From Escherichia coli (lineage in GTDB: Bacteria; Pseudomonadota; Gammaproteobacteria; Enterobacterales; Enterobacteriaceae): a DNA stretch of 64,000 nucleotides. A program made the position numbers and the translations under genes. The notes under the pieces were generated by a model. That model was not told where the DNA came from. It did not search any database and saw nothing but the letters and a program-made list of their open reading frames with translations. Below, one piece after another: positions 1 to 11,223 of the stretch (position 1 is its first letter; every line of letters begins with the position of its first letter). The stretch is from assembly GCF_016026235.1 (NCBI RefSeq), contig NZ_CP065613.1; one strand, 5' to 3'.

Positions 1-605
1 AGCCTCTCCACTTTGAGCCTGCTGAAACAAGGTGAGATCGCCAAAGTCCGTGTTAAAGGTCAGCTCACGCTTACGTTTGCTGACGCGGGCGATATCGGTG
101 TTATCCACCAGATGCAGGGCTTTAGTCGGGCACATCCGCACGCAGGCCGGACCTTGTTCATCAAAGCTACAAAGGTCACATTTGACGGCGATCGCGCGAA
201 TACCTGGCACCCAGTCAAGCAATGTGCTGACACGCGCCGGAGCAGGCGGTGCCGGTGGCGCTTTCGGGGTATTGGCGTTTGCCGGAATATCCAGCGGACG
301 GCTGCCGGAAAATTCAATTGCGCCAAACGGGCAGGCGATGCCGCACAGTTTGCAGCTTACGCACAGACTTTCATTCAACTGCACGGCCCCATCAACGCGG
401 GTGATGGCGTTAACCGGGCAGACCACCGCGCAGGGTGCATCTTCACAGTGGTGACAGAGCTGCGGCGCAGATTCTTTTTCATTTAGCATCACTCTCAGGC
501 GCGGCATTGATTGCAGGCCGTGCTGGCGATGCGTCTCTGAACAGGCGGCCTCACAAGTGTGGCAGCCGATACAGAGCGTGGAGTCAGCAATTACAAAACG
601 ATTCA
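1..605 (-). CDS. hycB: Formate hydrogenlyase subunit HycB (4Fe-4S ferredoxin-like), 3' end cut by window edge; GTG start at 603-605
   Basis: Own translation of minus strand gives VNRFVIADSTLCIGCHTCEAAC... with CxxCxxCxxxC motifs; no ORF-track entry because the stop lies outside the window; position upstream-adjacent to hycA. Confidence 0.8.
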
Positions 606-730
606 CCAGGCATTCCTCAGGTGATTGTCATTTTTGACGAAAACATGCCGATGAAATGTCATTTTCGACACTCATCGACACGCCCATCCCCAAACAGGCG
701 TAACGCCTGCAAAACGGGCAAAGCCTCAGC

Positions 731-1192
731 TCATGCTGCCGGGCTTTGTCCCTTTACCAGTTGGCTTAAATTCACCGGCACATTGTTTTCAATAGCGGTG
801 TATAAGCTGTCGTAAACGCCAGCGATTTTTTCGAGATAGTGTTCCAGAACCTGTTCGCGATCGCGGATGTTGACCTTGCCATCAATCATGCCGTCAATGC
901 TCAGTTGCGCCTGCGCAATCCGCTGTTTGTCTTCGCCATCTTTTGTTTCGACGTAATACTCGATGGTGTGGCTGTTAAAGCCATCCGCCAGGGTGACGTA
1001 AATACGAAAATGTTCAAAAAGGACGAAACAGAGTTCTTTGTCCGGCGCGCAGCTCATGGCGTGATGCAGGCGCGCTTTCGATAACGTGATCCCCTGAACC
1101 AGCGAATTGCAGTAGATGTGCCACTGGTCCTGTAGGCGACGATGCCGCTGTGCGATGTAATCGGCTTTCTCGCTTATTTCCCAAATAGTCAT
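731..1192 (-). CDS. hycA: Formate hydrogenlyase regulatory protein HycA
   Basis: ORF track 153 aa MTIWEISEKADYIAQRHRRL...; matches remembered HycA; divergent from hypA. Confidence 0.9.
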   Translation of the reverse strand: MTIWEISEKADYIAQRHRRLQDQWHIYCNSLVQGITLSKARLHHAMSCAPDKELCFVLFEHFRIYVTLADGFNSHTIEYYVETKDGEDKQRIAQAQLSIDGMIDGKVNIRDREQVLEHYLEKIAGVYDSLYTAIENNVPVNLSQLVKGQSPAA

Positions 1193-1223
1193 TGTCAGGT
1201 TACCCGTTTAACAGAGATGCCAG

Positions 1224-1245
1224 CTTTAAGCATTTTTTGTGCCAA
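1224..1245 (-). promoter_or_regulatory. Candidate sigma54 (-24/-12) promoter of the hyc operon
   Basis: Minus strand reads TGGCAC-AAAAAA-TGCTT, with GG and GC at the consensus spacing, about 30 nt upstream of hycA ATG; hyc is a known FhlA/sigma54-dependent operon. Confidence 0.6.
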
Positions 1246-1274
1246 CTTTTAATTTATTGTTATTAAAGCGATTT

Positions 1275-1330
1275 TTAAGATTTTGGTGAATTTCGTCGCC
1301 GTGTCGACGTGTCATTTCGACATCATCGAC
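1275..1330. promoter_or_regulatory. Candidate FhlA upstream activating sequence in the hycA-hypA divergent region
   Basis: Repeated TTTCGTCG / TGTCGAC / CATTTCGACA / TCGACA motifs between the two divergent sigma54 promoters. Confidence 0.45.
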
Positions 1331-1357
1331 ATTATTCACTGTAGGGATAATCAACAC

Positions 1358-1374
1358 TGGCACAATTATTGCTT
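1358..1374 (+). promoter_or_regulatory. Sigma54 (-24/-12) promoter of the hyp operon
   Basis: TGGCACAATTATTGCTT is a near-perfect TGGCAC-N5-TTGC match about 30 nt upstream of hypA ATG. Confidence 0.65.
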
Positions 1375-1403
1375 GTAGCTGGCAATAGTTAATGGGAGGC
1401 GAT

Positions 1404-1754
1404 ATGCACGAAATAACCCTCTGCCAACGGGCACTGGAATTGATCGAACAGCAGGCCGCAAAACACGGCGCAAAACGCGTAACTGGGGTCTGGCTCAAAA
1501 TTGGCGCATTTTCTTGTGTCGAAACCAGCTCTCTTGCCTTTTGTTTTGATCTGGTTTGCCGCGGCAGCGTGGCGGAAGGTTGTAAACTGCACCTCGAAGA
1601 ACAAGAGGCCGAATGCTGGTGTGAAACATGCCAACAGTATGTGACGCTACTGACCCAGCGAGTCCGCCGCTGTCCACAGTGTCATGGTGACATGCTACAG
1701 ATTGTGGCAGACGACGGTTTACAGATTCGGCGGATAGAAATAGACCAGGAGTGA
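1404..1754 (+). CDS. hypA: Hydrogenase maturation nickel-insertion protein HypA
   Basis: ORF track (true start at MHEITLCQRALE, GGGAGG RBS); C-terminal CxxC...CxxC zinc motif. Confidence 0.92.
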   Translation: MHEITLCQRALELIEQQAAKHGAKRVTGVWLKIGAFSCVETSSLAFCFDLVCRGSVAEGCKLHLEEQEAECWCETCQQYVTLLTQRVRRCPQCHGDMLQIVADDGLQIRRIEIDQE

Positions 1755-1757
1755 GCG

Positions 1758-2630
1758 ATGTGTACAACATGCGGTTGCGGTGAAGGCAACCTGTATATCG
1801 AGGGTGATGAACATAACCCTCATTCCGCGTTTCGTAGCGCGCCATTTGCCCCGGCGGCACGCCCGAAGATGAAAATCACCGGCATTAAAACGCCTGAATT
1901 TACCCCCAGCCAGACTGAAGAAGGCGACCTGCATTACGGTCATGGCGAAGCGGGCACTCACGCGCCGGGCATGAGCCAGCGCCGGATGCTGGAAGTCGAA
2001 ATTGACGTGCTGGACAAAAATAACCGTCTGGCTGAACGCAACCGCGCGCGCTTTGCTGCCCGCAAGCAACTGGTGCTCAACCTGGTTTCCAGCCCTGGTT
2101 CCGGTAAAACCACCCTGCTGACGGAAACCTTAATGCGCCTGAAAGACAGCGTTCCGTGCGCGGTTATTGAAGGCGATCAGCAAACCGTGAACGATGCCGC
2201 ACGCATTCGCGCTACCGGCACACCAGCGATTCAGGTGAACACCGGTAAAGGCTGCCATCTTGACGCACAGATGATTGCCGACGCCGCACCGCGTCTGCCA
2301 CTGGACGATAACGGTATTCTGTTTATCGAAAACGTTGGCAACCTCGTATGCCCGGCCAGCTTCGATCTCGGTGAAAAACACAAAGTGGCGGTGCTTTCCG
2401 TTACCGAAGGTGAAGACAAACCGCTGAAATATCCGCATATGTTTGCCGCCGCCTCGCTGATGCTGCTCAACAAAGTTGACCTGTTGCCGTATCTCAACTT
2501 TGACGTTGAGAAGTGCATCGCCTGCGCCCGCGAAGTCAATCCAGAAATTGAAATCATCCTTATTTCCGCCACCAGCGGTGAAGGGATGGACCAGTGGCTG
2601 AACTGGCTGGAGACACAGCGATGTGCATAG
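1758..2630 (+). CDS. hypB: Hydrogenase maturation GTPase HypB
   Basis: ORF track 290 aa; N-terminal [10 protein letters not shown] metal-binding motif, P-loop GSPGSGKTT. Confidence 0.93.
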   Translation: MCTTCGCGEGNLYIEGDEHNPHSAFRSAPFAPAARPKMKITGIKTPEFTPSQTEEGDLHYGHGEAGTHAPGMSQRRMLEVEIDVLDKNNRLAERNRARFAARKQLVLNLVSSPGSGKTTLLTETLMRLKDSVPCAVIEGDQQTVNDAARIRATGTPAIQVNTGKGCHLDAQMIADAAPRLPLDDNGILFIENVGNLVCPASFDLGEKHKVAVLSVTEGEDKPLKYPHMFAAASLMLLNKVDLLPYLNFDVEKCIACAREVNPEIEIILISATSGEGMDQWLNWLETQRCA

Positions 2631-2893
2631 GCGTTCCCGGCCAGATCCGCACCATTGACGGCAACCAGGCGAAAGTCGACGTCTGCGGCATTCAGCGCGA
2701 TGTCGATTTAACGTTAGTCGGCAGCTGCGATGAAAACGGTCAGCCGCGCGTGGGCCAGTGGGTACTGGTACACGTTGGCTTTGCCATGAGCGTAATTAAT
2801 GAAGCCGAAGCACGCGACACTCTCGACGCCTTACAAAACATGTTTGACGTTGAGCCGGATGTCGGCGCGCTGTTGTATGGCGAGGAAAAATAA
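2621..2893 (+). CDS. hypC: Hydrogenase maturation chaperone HypC
   Basis: Internal ATG of ORF 2594..2893 gives [14 protein letters not shown]..., 90 aa; overlaps hypB end. Confidence 0.9.
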   Translation: MCIGVPGQIRTIDGNQAKVDVCGIQRDVDLTLVGSCDENGQPRVGQWVLVHVGFAMSVINEAEARDTLDALQNMFDVEPDVGALLYGEEK

Positions 2894-4014
2894 TGCGTTT
2901 TGTTGATGAATATCGCGCGCCGGAACAGGTGATGCAGTTAATTGAGCATCTGCGCGAACGTGCTTCACATCTCTCTTACACCGCCGAACGCCCTCTGCGG
3001 ATTATGGAAGTGTGCGGTGGTCATACCCACGCCATTTTTAAATTCGGCCTCGACCAGTTACTGCCTGAAAATGTTGAGTTTATCCACGGTCCGGGTTGCC
3101 CAGTGTGCGTACTGCCGATGGGCAGAATCGACACCTGCGTGGAGATTGCCAGCCATCCGGAAGTCATCTTCTGTACCTTTGGCGACGCCATGCGCGTGCC
3201 GGGGAAACAGGGATCGCTGTTGCAGGCAAAAGCACGCGGTGCCGATGTGCGCATCGTTTACTCGCCGATGGATGCGTTGAAACTGGCGCAGGAGAATCCA
3301 ACCCGCAAAGTGGTGTTCTTCGGCTTAGGTTTTGAAACCACCATGCCGACCACCGCCATCACTCTGCAACAGGCGAAAGCGCGTGATGTGCAGAATTTTT
3401 ACTTCTTCTGCCAGCACATTACGCTTATCCCGACGCTTCGCAGTTTGCTGGAACAGCCGGATAACGGTATCGACGCGTTCCTCGCGCCGGGCCACGTTAG
3501 TATGGTTATCGGCACTGATGCCTATAATTTTATCGCCAGCGATTTTCATCGTCCGCTGGTGGTCGCTGGTTTCGAACCCCTTGATCTACTGCAAGGCGTG
3601 GTCATGCTGGTGGAGCAGAAAATAGCGGCCCACAGCAAGGTAGAGAATCAGTATCGTCGGGTGGTACCGGATGCCGGTAACCTGCTGGCGCAACAGGCGA
3701 TTGCCGATGTGTTCTGTGTCAACGGCGACAGCGAATGGCGCGGCTTAGGCGTGATTGAATCTTCTGGCGTGCACCTGACGCCGGATTATCAACGATTCGA
3801 TGCCGAAGCACATTTCCGCCCGGCACCGCAGCAGGTCTGCGATGACCCGCGTGCGCGTTGTGGTGAAGTATTAACGGGCAAATGTAAGCCGCATCAATGC
3901 CCGCTGTTTGGTAACACCTGTAATCCTCAAACCGCGTTTGGTGCGCTGATGGTTTCCTCCGAAGGAGCGTGCGCCGCGTGGTATCAGTATCGTCAGCAGG
4001 AGAGTGAAGCGTGA
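2893..4014 (+). CDS. hypD: Hydrogenase maturation protein HypD
   Basis: ORF track 373 aa with CGGHTH and GPGCPVC motifs. Confidence 0.93.
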   Translation: MRFVDEYRAPEQVMQLIEHLRERASHLSYTAERPLRIMEVCGGHTHAIFKFGLDQLLPENVEFIHGPGCPVCVLPMGRIDTCVEIASHPEVIFCTFGDAMRVPGKQGSLLQAKARGADVRIVYSPMDALKLAQENPTRKVVFFGLGFETTMPTTAITLQQAKARDVQNFYFFCQHITLIPTLRSLLEQPDNGIDAFLAPGHVSMVIGTDAYNFIASDFHRPLVVAGFEPLDLLQGVVMLVEQKIAAHSKVENQYRRVVPDAGNLLAQQAIADVFCVNGDSEWRGLGVIESSGVHLTPDYQRFDAEAHFRPAPQQVCDDPRARCGEVLTGKCKPHQCPLFGNTCNPQTAFGALMVSSEGACAAWYQYRQQESEA

Positions 4015-5021
4015 ATAATATCCAACTCGCCCACGGCAGCGGCGGCCAGGCGATGCAGCAATTAATCAACAGCCTGTTTATGGAAGCCTTTGCCAACCCG
4101 TGGCTGGCAGAGCAGGAAGATCAGGCACGTCTTGATCTGGCGCAGCTGGTAGCGGAAGGCGACCGTCTGGCGTTCTCCACCGACAGTTACGTCATTGACC
4201 CGCTGTTCTTTCCTGGCGGTAATATCGGCAAGCTGGCGATTTGCGGCACAGCCAATGACGTTGCGGTCAGTGGTGCCATTCCGCGCTATCTCTCCTGTGG
4301 CTTTATCCTCGAAGAAGGATTGCCGATGGAGACACTGAAAGCCGTAGTGACCAGCATGGCAGAAAACGCGCGCGCGGCAGGCATTGCCATCGTCACTGGC
4401 GATACTAAAGTGGTGCAGCGCGGCGCGGCAGATAAACTGTTTATCAACACCGCTGGCATGGGCGCAATTCCGGCGAATATTCACTGGGGCGCACAGACGC
4501 TAACCGCAGGCGATGTATTACTGGTTAGCGGTACACTCGGCGACCACGGGGCGACTATCCTTAACTTGCGTGAGCAGCTGGGGCTGGATGGCGAACTGGT
4601 CAGCGACTGCGCGGTACTAACGCCGCTTATTCAGACGCTGCGTGACATTCCCGGCGTGAAAGCGCTGCGTGATGCCACCCGTGGTGGTGTAAACGCGGTG
4701 GTACATGAGTTCGCGGCAGCCTGCGGTTGTGGTATTGAAATTTCAGAAGCGGCACTGCCGGTTAAACCAGCCGTGCGCGGCGTTTGCGAACTGCTGGGAC
4801 TGGACGCCCTGAACTTTGCCAACGAAGGCAAACTGGTGATCGCCGTTGAACGCAACGCGGCAGAGCAAGTGCTGGCAGCGTTACATTCCCATCCACTGGG
4901 GAAAGACGCGGCGCTGATTGGTGAAGTGGTGGAACGTAAAGGTGTTCGTCTTGCCGGTCTGTATGGCGTGAAACGAACCCTCGATTTACCACACGCCGAA
5001 CCGCTTCCGCGTATATGCTAA
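4011..5021 (+). CDS. hypE: Hydrogenase maturation carbamoyl dehydratase HypE
   Basis: ORF track 336 aa, PurM-like fold; 4-bp overlap with hypD. Confidence 0.93.
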   Translation: MNNIQLAHGSGGQAMQQLINSLFMEAFANPWLAEQEDQARLDLAQLVAEGDRLAFSTDSYVIDPLFFPGGNIGKLAICGTANDVAVSGAIPRYLSCGFILEEGLPMETLKAVVTSMAENARAAGIAIVTGDTKVVQRGAADKLFINTAGMGAIPANIHWGAQTLTAGDVLLVSGTLGDHGATILNLREQLGLDGELVSDCAVLTPLIQTLRDIPGVKALRDATRGGVNAVVHEFAAACGCGIEISEAALPVKPAVRGVCELLGLDALNFANEGKLVIAVERNAAEQVLAALHSHPLGKDAALIGEVVERKGVRLAGLYGVKRTLDLPHAEPLPRIC

Positions 5022-5094
5022 TAAAATTCTAAATCTCCTATAGTTAGTCAATGACCTTTTGCACCGCTTTGCGGTGCTTTCCTGGAAGAACAAA

Positions 5095-7173
5095 ATGTCA
5101 TATACACCGATGAGTGATCTCGGACAGCAAGGGTTGTTCGACATCACTCGGACACTATTGCAGCAGCCCGATCTGGCCTCGCTGTGTGAGGCTCTTTCGC
5201 AACTGGTAAAGCGTTCTGCGCTCGCCGACAACGCGGCTATTGTGTTGTGGCAAGCGCAGACTCAACGTGCGTCTTATTACGCATCGCGTGAAAAAGACAC
5301 CCCCATTAAATATGAAGACGAAACTGTTCTGGCACACGGTCCGGTACGCAGCATTTTGTCGCGCCCTGATACGCTGCATTGCAGTTACGAAGAATTTTGT
5401 GAAACCTGGCCGCAGCTGGCCGCAGGTGGGCTATACCCAAAATTTGGTCACTATTGCCTGATGCCACTGGCGGCGGAAGGGCATATTTTTGGTGGCTGTG
5501 AATTTATTCGTTATGACGATCGCCCCTGGAGCGAAAAAGAGTTCAATCGTCTGCAAACATTTACGCAGATCGTTTCTGTCATCACCGAACAAATCCAGAG
5601 TCGCGTCGTTAACAATGTCGACTATGAGTTGTTATGCCGGGAACGCGATAACTTCCGCATCCTGGTCGCCATCACCAACGCGGTGCTTTCCCGCCTGGAT
5701 ATGGACGAACTGGTCAGCGAAGTCGCCAAAGAAATCCATTACTATTTCGACATTGACGATATCAGCATTGTCTTACGCAGCCACCGTAAAAACAAACTCA
5801 ACATCTACTCCACTCACTATCTTGATAAACAACATCCCGCCCACGAACAGAGCGAAGTCGATGAAGCCGGAACCCTCACCGAACGCGTGTTCAAAAGTAA
5901 AGAGATGCTGCTGATCAATCTCCACGAGCGGGACGATTTAGCCCCCTATGAACGCATGTTGTTCGACACCTGGGGCAACCAGATTCAAACCTTGTGCCTG
6001 TTACCGCTGATGTCTGGCGACACCATGCTGGGCGTGCTGAAACTGGCGCAATGCGAAGAGAAAGTGTTTACCACTACCAATCTGAATTTACTGCGCCAGA
6101 TTGCCGAACGTGTGGCAATCGCTGTCGATAACGCCCTCGCCTATCAGGAAATCCATCGTCTGAAAGAACGGCTGGTTGATGAAAACCTCGCCCTGACCGA
6201 GCAGCTCAACAATGTTGATAGTGAATTTGGCGAGATTATTGGCCGCAGCGAAGCCATGTACAGCGTGCTTAAACAAGTTGAAATGGTGGCGCAAAGTGAC
6301 AGTACCGTGCTGATCCTCGGTGAAACTGGCACGGGTAAAGAGCTGATTGCCCGCGCGATCCATAATCTCAGTGGGCGTAATAATCGCCGCATGGTCAAAA
6401 TGAACTGCGCGGCGATGCCTGCCGGATTACTGGAAAGCGATCTGTTTGGTCATGAGCGTGGGGCTTTTACCGGTGCCAGCGCCCAGCGCATTGGTCGTTT
6501 TGAACTGGCGGATAAAAGCTCCCTGTTCCTCGACGAAGTGGGCGATATGCCACTGGAGTTACAGCCGAAGTTGCTGCGTGTATTGCAGGAACAGGAGTTT
6601 GAACGCCTCGGCAGCAACAAAATCATTCAGACGGACGTGCGTCTAATCGCCGCGACTAACCGCGATCTGAAAAAAATGGTCGCCGACCGTGAGTTCCGTA
6701 GCGATCTCTATTACCGCCTGAACGTATTCCCGATTCACCTTCCGCCACTACGCGAGCGTCCGGAAGATATTCCGCTGCTGGCGAAAGCCTTTACCTTCAA
6801 AATTGCCCGTCGTCTGGGGCGCAATATCGACAGCATTCCTGCCGAGACGTTGCGCACCTTGAGCAATATGGAGTGGCCGGGTAACGTACGCGAACTGGAA
6901 AACGTCATTGAGCGCGCGGTATTGCTAACACGCGGCAACGTGCTGCAGTTGTCATTGCCAGATATTGCTTTACCGGAGCCTGAAACGCCGCCTGCCGCAA
7001 CGGTTGTCGCTCAGGAGGGCGAAGATGAATATCAGTTGATTGTTCGCGTGCTGAAAGAAACTAACGGCGTGGTTGCCGGGCCTAAAGGCGCTGCGCAACG
7101 TCTGGGGCTGAAACGCACGACCCTGCTGTCACGGATGAAGCGACTGGGAATTGATAAATCGGCATTGATTTAA
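5095..7173 (+). CDS. fhlA: Formate hydrogenlyase transcriptional activator FhlA (sigma54-dependent)
   Basis: ORF 5059..7173; real start MSYTPMSD at 5095; GAF domains, AAA+ GETGTGKE and GAFTGA motifs, C-terminal HTH. Confidence 0.93.
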   Translation: MSYTPMSDLGQQGLFDITRTLLQQPDLASLCEALSQLVKRSALADNAAIVLWQAQTQRASYYASREKDTPIKYEDETVLAHGPVRSILSRPDTLHCSYEEFCETWPQLAAGGLYPKFGHYCLMPLAAEGHIFGGCEFIRYDDRPWSEKEFNRLQTFTQIVSVITEQIQSRVVNNVDYELLCRERDNFRILVAITNAVLSRLDMDELVSEVAKEIHYYFDIDDISIVLRSHRKNKLNIYSTHYLDKQHPAHEQSEVDEAGTLTERVFKSKEMLLINLHERDDLAPYERMLFDTWGNQIQTLCLLPLMSGDTMLGVLKLAQCEEKVFTTTNLNLLRQIAERVAIAVDNALAYQEIHRLKERLVDENLALTEQLNNVDSEFGEIIGRSEAMYSVLKQVEMVAQSDSTVLILGETGTGKELIARAIHNLSGRNNRRMVKMNCAAMPAGLLESDLFGHERGAFTGASAQRIGRFELADKSSLFLDEVGDMPLELQPKLLRVLQEQEFERLGSNKIIQTDVRLIAATNRDLKKMVADREFRSDLYYRLNVFPIHLPPLRERPEDIPLLAKAFTFKIARRLGRNIDSIPAETLRTLSNMEWPGNVRELENVIERAVLLTRGNVLQLSLPDIALPEPETPPAATVVAQEGEDEYQLIVRVLKETNGVVAGPKGAAQRLGLKRTTLLSRMKRLGIDKSALI

Positions 7174-7176
7174 CTG

Positions 7177-7207
7177 CAAATTGCCGGACAGATCTGACTG
7201 TCCGGCA
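7177..7207. terminator. Bidirectional hairpin between convergent fhlA and ygbA
   Basis: TGCCGGACAG-atctgact-CTGTCCGGCA inverted repeat. Confidence 0.5.
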
Positions 7208-7209
7208 TA

Positions 7210-7563
7210 CTATTCACGAGGTTTTTTCGGACGATATTTTTCCGGCAGTTCTGGCACCGGACGCTTGTCATCGATGAGATGACGCACGGTTAAGATCGGA
7301 TGACGCCACAGCATTCTCGGCCCGGCCCAACGCATAATCTGTTTCATCTCTTCACGCTTTGCAGGCTGGTAACAGTGCACCGGACACTGCTTACAGGCTG
7401 GTTTCTCTTCGCCGAACACACATTTATCCAGCCGCTTTTGCGCGTAAACAAACAACGCCTCGTAATGCTCCGGCTCCGCTGACGCCTGCGGGCATTTCGC
7501 TTGATAAAGATCGATCATTTTTTTAATCGTCAGTTTTTCACGAGAGATACGCTTGCCGGACAT
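7210..7563 (-). CDS. ygbA: Conserved protein YgbA
   Basis: ORF track 117 aa, Cys-rich; position between fhlA and mutS as in E. coli. Confidence 0.8.
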   Translation of the reverse strand: MSGKRISREKLTIKKMIDLYQAKCPQASAEPEHYEALFVYAQKRLDKCVFGEEKPACKQCPVHCYQPAKREEMKQIMRWAGPRMLWRHPILTVRHLIDDKRPVPELPEKYRPKKPRE

Positions 7564-7849
7564 ACTGCCTCCATACTCTTAAGGTGTATTTATACTACAA
7601 CTTAATTTGAAAGGGGACTATGGCTCTGAAGGAGGAGGTTTATTCAACCGACGCAATTTTGCGTACTTGCTTCATAAGCATCACGCAAAAGCTGCAAAAC
7701 AGCATCTTTCCCGGAACCAACATCAAGAACTCGCCGTTCGCTTCTTCCCCTGAAATGATTAACTCCGGTATCATGTGCGCCTTATGTGATTACAACGAAA
7801 ATAAAAACCATCACACCCCATTTAATATCAGGGAACCGGACATAACCCC

Positions 7850-10411
7850 ATGAGTGCAATAGAAAATTTCGACGCCCATACGCCCATGATGCAGCAGTAT
7901 CTCAAGCTGAAAGCCCAGCATCCCGAGATCCTGCTGTTTTACCGGATGGGTGATTTTTATGAACTGTTTTATGACGACGCAAAACGCGCGTCGCAACTGC
8001 TGGATATTTCACTGACCAAACGCGGTGCTTCGGCGGGAGAGCCGATCCCGATGGCGGGGATTCCCTACCATGCGGTGGAAAACTACCTCGCCAAACTGGT
8101 GAATCAGGGCGAGTCCGTTGCCATCTGCGAACAAATTGGCGATCCGGCGACCAGCAAAGGTCCGGTTGAGCGCAAAGTTGTGCGTATCGTTACGCCAGGC
8201 ACCATCAGCGATGAAGCCCTGTTGCAGGAGCGTCAGGACAACCTGCTGGCGGCTATCTGGCAGGACAGCAAAGGTTTCGGCTACGCGACGCTGGATATCA
8301 GTTCCGGTCGTTTTCGCCTGAGCGAACCGGCTGACCGGGAAACGATGGCGGCAGAACTGCAACGCACTAATCCTGCGGAACTGCTGTATGCAGAAGATTT
8401 TGCTGAAATGTCGTTAATTGAAGGCCGTCGCGGCCTGCGCCGTCGCCCGCTGTGGGAGTTTGAAATCGACACCGCGCGCCAGCAGTTGAATCTACAATTT
8501 GGCACTCGCGATCTGGTCGGTTTTGGCGTCGAGAACGCGCCGCGCGGACTTTGTGCTGCCGGTTGTCTGTTGCAGTATGCGAAAGATACCCAACGTACGA
8601 CTCTGCCGCATATTCGTTCCATCACCATGGAACGTGAGCAGGACAGCATCATTATGGATGCCGCGACGCGTCGTAATCTGGAAATCACCCAGAACCTGGC
8701 GGGTGGTGCGGAAAATACGCTGGCTTCTGTGCTCGACTGCACCGTCACGCCGATGGGCAGCCGTATGCTGAAACGCTGGCTGCATATGCCAGTGCGCGAT
8801 ACCCGCGTGTTGCTTGAGCGCCAGCAAACTATTGGCGCATTGCAGGATTTCACCGCCGGGCTACAGCCGGTACTGCGTCAGGTCGGCGACCTGGAACGTA
8901 TTCTGGCACGTCTGGCTTTACGAACTGCTCGCCCACGCGATCTGGCCCGTATGCGCCACGCTTTCCAGCAACTGCCGGAGCTGCGTGCGCAGTTAGAAAC
9001 TGTCGATAGTGCACCGGTACAGGCGCTACGTGAGAAGATGGGCGAGTTTGCCGAGCTGCGCGATCTGCTGGAGCGAGCAATCATCGACACACCGGCGGTG
9101 CTGGTACGCGACGGTGGTGTTATCGCATCGGGCTATAACGAAGAGCTGGATGAGTGGCGCGCGCTGGCTGACGGCGCGACCGATTATCTGGAGCGTCTGG
9201 AAGTCCGCGAGCGTGAACGTACCGGCCTGGACACGCTGAAAGTTGGCTTTAATGCGGTGCACGGCTACTACATTCAAATCAGCCGTGGGCAAAGCCATCT
9301 GGCACCCATCAACTACATGCGTCGCCAGACGCTGAAAAACGCCGAGCGCTACATCATTCCAGAGCTAAAAGAGTACGAAGATAAAGTTCTCACCTCAAAA
9401 GGCAAAGCACTGGCACTGGAAAAACAGCTTTATGAAGAGTTGTTCGACCTGCTGTTGCCGCATCTGGAAGCGTTGCAACAGAGCGCGAGCGCGCTGGCGG
9501 AACTCGACGTGCTGGTGAACCTGGCGGAACGGGCCTATACCCTGAACTACACCTGCCCGACCTTCATTGATAAACCGGGCATTCGCATTACCGAAGGTCG
9601 CCATCCGGTAGTTGAACAAGTACTGAATGAGCCATTTATCGCCAACCCGCTGAATCTGTCGCCGCAGCGCCGCATGTTGATCATCACCGGTCCGAACATG
9701 GGCGGTAAAAGTACCTATATGCGCCAGACCGCACTGATTGCGCTGATGGCCTACATCGGCAGCTATGTACCGGCACAAAAAGTCGAGATTGGACCTATCG
9801 ATCGCATCTTTACCCGCGTAGGCGCGGCAGATGACCTGGCGTCCGGGCGCTCAACCTTTATGGTGGAGATGACCGAAACCGCCAATATTTTACATAACGC
9901 CACCGAGTACAGTCTGGTATTGATGGATGAGATCGGGCGTGGAACGTCCACTTACGATGGTCTGTCGCTGGCGTGGGCGTGCGCAGAAAATCTGGCGAAT
10001 AAGATTAAGGCATTGACGCTGTTTGCTACCCACTATTTCGAGCTGACCCAGTTACCGGAAAAAATGGAAGGCGTCGCCAACGTGCATCTCGATGCGCTGG
10101 AGCACGGAGACACCATTGCCTTTATGCATAGCGTGCAGGATGGCGCGGCGAGCAAAAGCTACGGCCTGGCGGTTGCAGCTCTGGCAGGCGTGCCAAAAGA
10201 GGTGATTAAGCGCGCACGGCAAAAACTGCGTGAGCTGGAAAGCATTTCGCCGAACGCCGCCGCTACGCAAGTGGATGGTACGCAAATGTCTTTGCTGTCA
10301 GTACCGGAAGAAACCTCGCCAGCGGTCGAAGCTCTGGAAAACCTGGACCCGGATTCACTGACTCCGCGTCAGGCGCTGGAATGGATTTATCGCTTGAAGA
10401 GCCTGGTGTAA
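7850..10411 (+). CDS. mutS: DNA mismatch repair protein MutS
   Basis: ORF track 853 aa; Walker [10 protein letters not shown]; full length. Confidence 0.97.
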   Translation: MSAIENFDAHTPMMQQYLKLKAQHPEILLFYRMGDFYELFYDDAKRASQLLDISLTKRGASAGEPIPMAGIPYHAVENYLAKLVNQGESVAICEQIGDPATSKGPVERKVVRIVTPGTISDEALLQERQDNLLAAIWQDSKGFGYATLDISSGRFRLSEPADRETMAAELQRTNPAELLYAEDFAEMSLIEGRRGLRRRPLWEFEIDTARQQLNLQFGTRDLVGFGVENAPRGLCAAGCLLQYAKDTQRTTLPHIRSITMEREQDSIIMDAATRRNLEITQNLAGGAENTLASVLDCTVTPMGSRMLKRWLHMPVRDTRVLLERQQTIGALQDFTAGLQPVLRQVGDLERILARLALRTARPRDLARMRHAFQQLPELRAQLETVDSAPVQALREKMGEFAELRDLLERAIIDTPAVLVRDGGVIASGYNEELDEWRALADGATDYLERLEVRERERTGLDTLKVGFNAVHGYYIQISRGQSHLAPINYMRRQTLKNAERYIIPELKEYEDKVLTSKGKALALEKQLYEELFDLLLPHLEALQQSASALAELDVLVNLAERAYTLNYTCPTFIDKPGIRITEGRHPVVEQVLNEPFIANPLNLSPQRRMLIITGPNMGGKSTYMRQTALIALMAYIGSYVPAQKVEIGPIDRIFTRVGAADDLASGRSTFMVEMTETANILHNATEYSLVLMDEIGRGTSTYDGLSLAWACAENLANKIKALTLFATHYFELTQLPEKMEGVANVHLDALEHGDTIAFMHSVQDGAASKSYGLAVAALAGVPKEVIKRARQKLRELESISPNAAATQVDGTQMSLLSVPEETSPAVEALENLDPDSLTPRQALEWIYRLKSLV

Positions 10412-10418
10412 TAACAAT

Positions 10419-10443
10419 TCCCGATAGTCTTTTGCTATCGGGA
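10419..10443 (+). terminator. Hairpin downstream of mutS
   Basis: TCCCGATAG-tcttttg-CTATCGGGA immediately after the mutS stop; weak T-tract. Confidence 0.45.
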
Positions 10444-10516
10444 ATATTAACGACAACTGACGAATAAAATAAAAACACCCTGTATAATAGGAAAGCTTAT
10501 TTTACAGGGTAAAACC

Positions 10517-11173
10517 ATGCCATCTACACGCTATCAAAAAATTAATGCCCATCACTATCGCCATATATGGGTCGTTGGTGATATTCATGGTGAATATCAA
10601 TTATTACAATCCCGCTTACATCAACTCTCTTTTTGCCCTGAAACCGACTTACTTATTTCTGTCGGCGATAATATTGATCGTGGGCCGGAGAGTCTTGACG
10701 TCCTGCGCCTGCTAAACCAGCCCTGGTTTATCTCCGTTAAAGGCAACCACGAAGCAATGGCGCTGGATGCGTTCGCGACCGGCGATGGCAATATGTGGCT
10801 TGCCAGCGGTGGTGACTGGTTTTTCGATTTAAATGATTCAGAGCAAAAAGAAGCTACAGATCTGTTGCTGAAATTCCATCACCTTCCACATATTATTGAA
10901 ATCACTAACGACAACATAAAATATGTCATCGCACATGCAGATTATCCGGGGAGTGAATATCTCTTTGGTAAAGGAATAGCGGAGATCGAATTACTCTGGC
11001 CTGTTGATCGTGTGCAGAAATCGCTTAATGGCGAGTTACAACAAATAAACGGCGCTGATTATTTTATATTTGGACATATGATGTTTGATAACATTCAGAC
11101 GTTCGCTAACCAGATTTATATTGATACCGGATCGCCGAACAGCAGGCGGCTGTCATTTTATAAAATAAAGTAG
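10517..11173 (+). CDS. pphB: Serine/threonine protein phosphatase 2 (PphB)
   Basis: ORF track 218 aa; metallophosphatase motifs GDIHG, GDNIDRG, GNHE. Confidence 0.9.
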   Translation: MPSTRYQKINAHHYRHIWVVGDIHGEYQLLQSRLHQLSFCPETDLLISVGDNIDRGPESLDVLRLLNQPWFISVKGNHEAMALDAFATGDGNMWLASGGDWFFDLNDSEQKEATDLLLKFHHLPHIIEITNDNIKYVIAHADYPGSEYLFGKGIAEIELLWPVDRVQKSLNGELQQINGADYFIFGHMMFDNIQTFANQIYIDTGSPNSRRLSFYKIK

Positions 11174-11174
11174 T

Positions 11175-11200
11175 CTCATGCTTCTTCTGTGAAGCATGAG
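11175..11200. terminator. Bidirectional hairpin between convergent pphB and ygbI
   Basis: CTCATGCTTC-ttctgt-GAAGCATGAG perfect 10-bp stem. Confidence 0.5.
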
Positions 11201-11223
11201 TAACCCGGTGTTATTGCAGGCCA

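Noticed and set aside
13..486. Plus-strand ORFs 13..486 and 32..454 at the window start
   Set aside because: Antisense shadow ORFs inside hycB, whose minus-strand translation gives a convincing 4Fe-4S ferredoxin.
7620..7853. 77-aa plus-strand ORF just upstream of mutS
   Set aside because: Lies in the mutS promoter/leader region, has no RBS or conserved features, and runs into the mutS start; likely non-coding.
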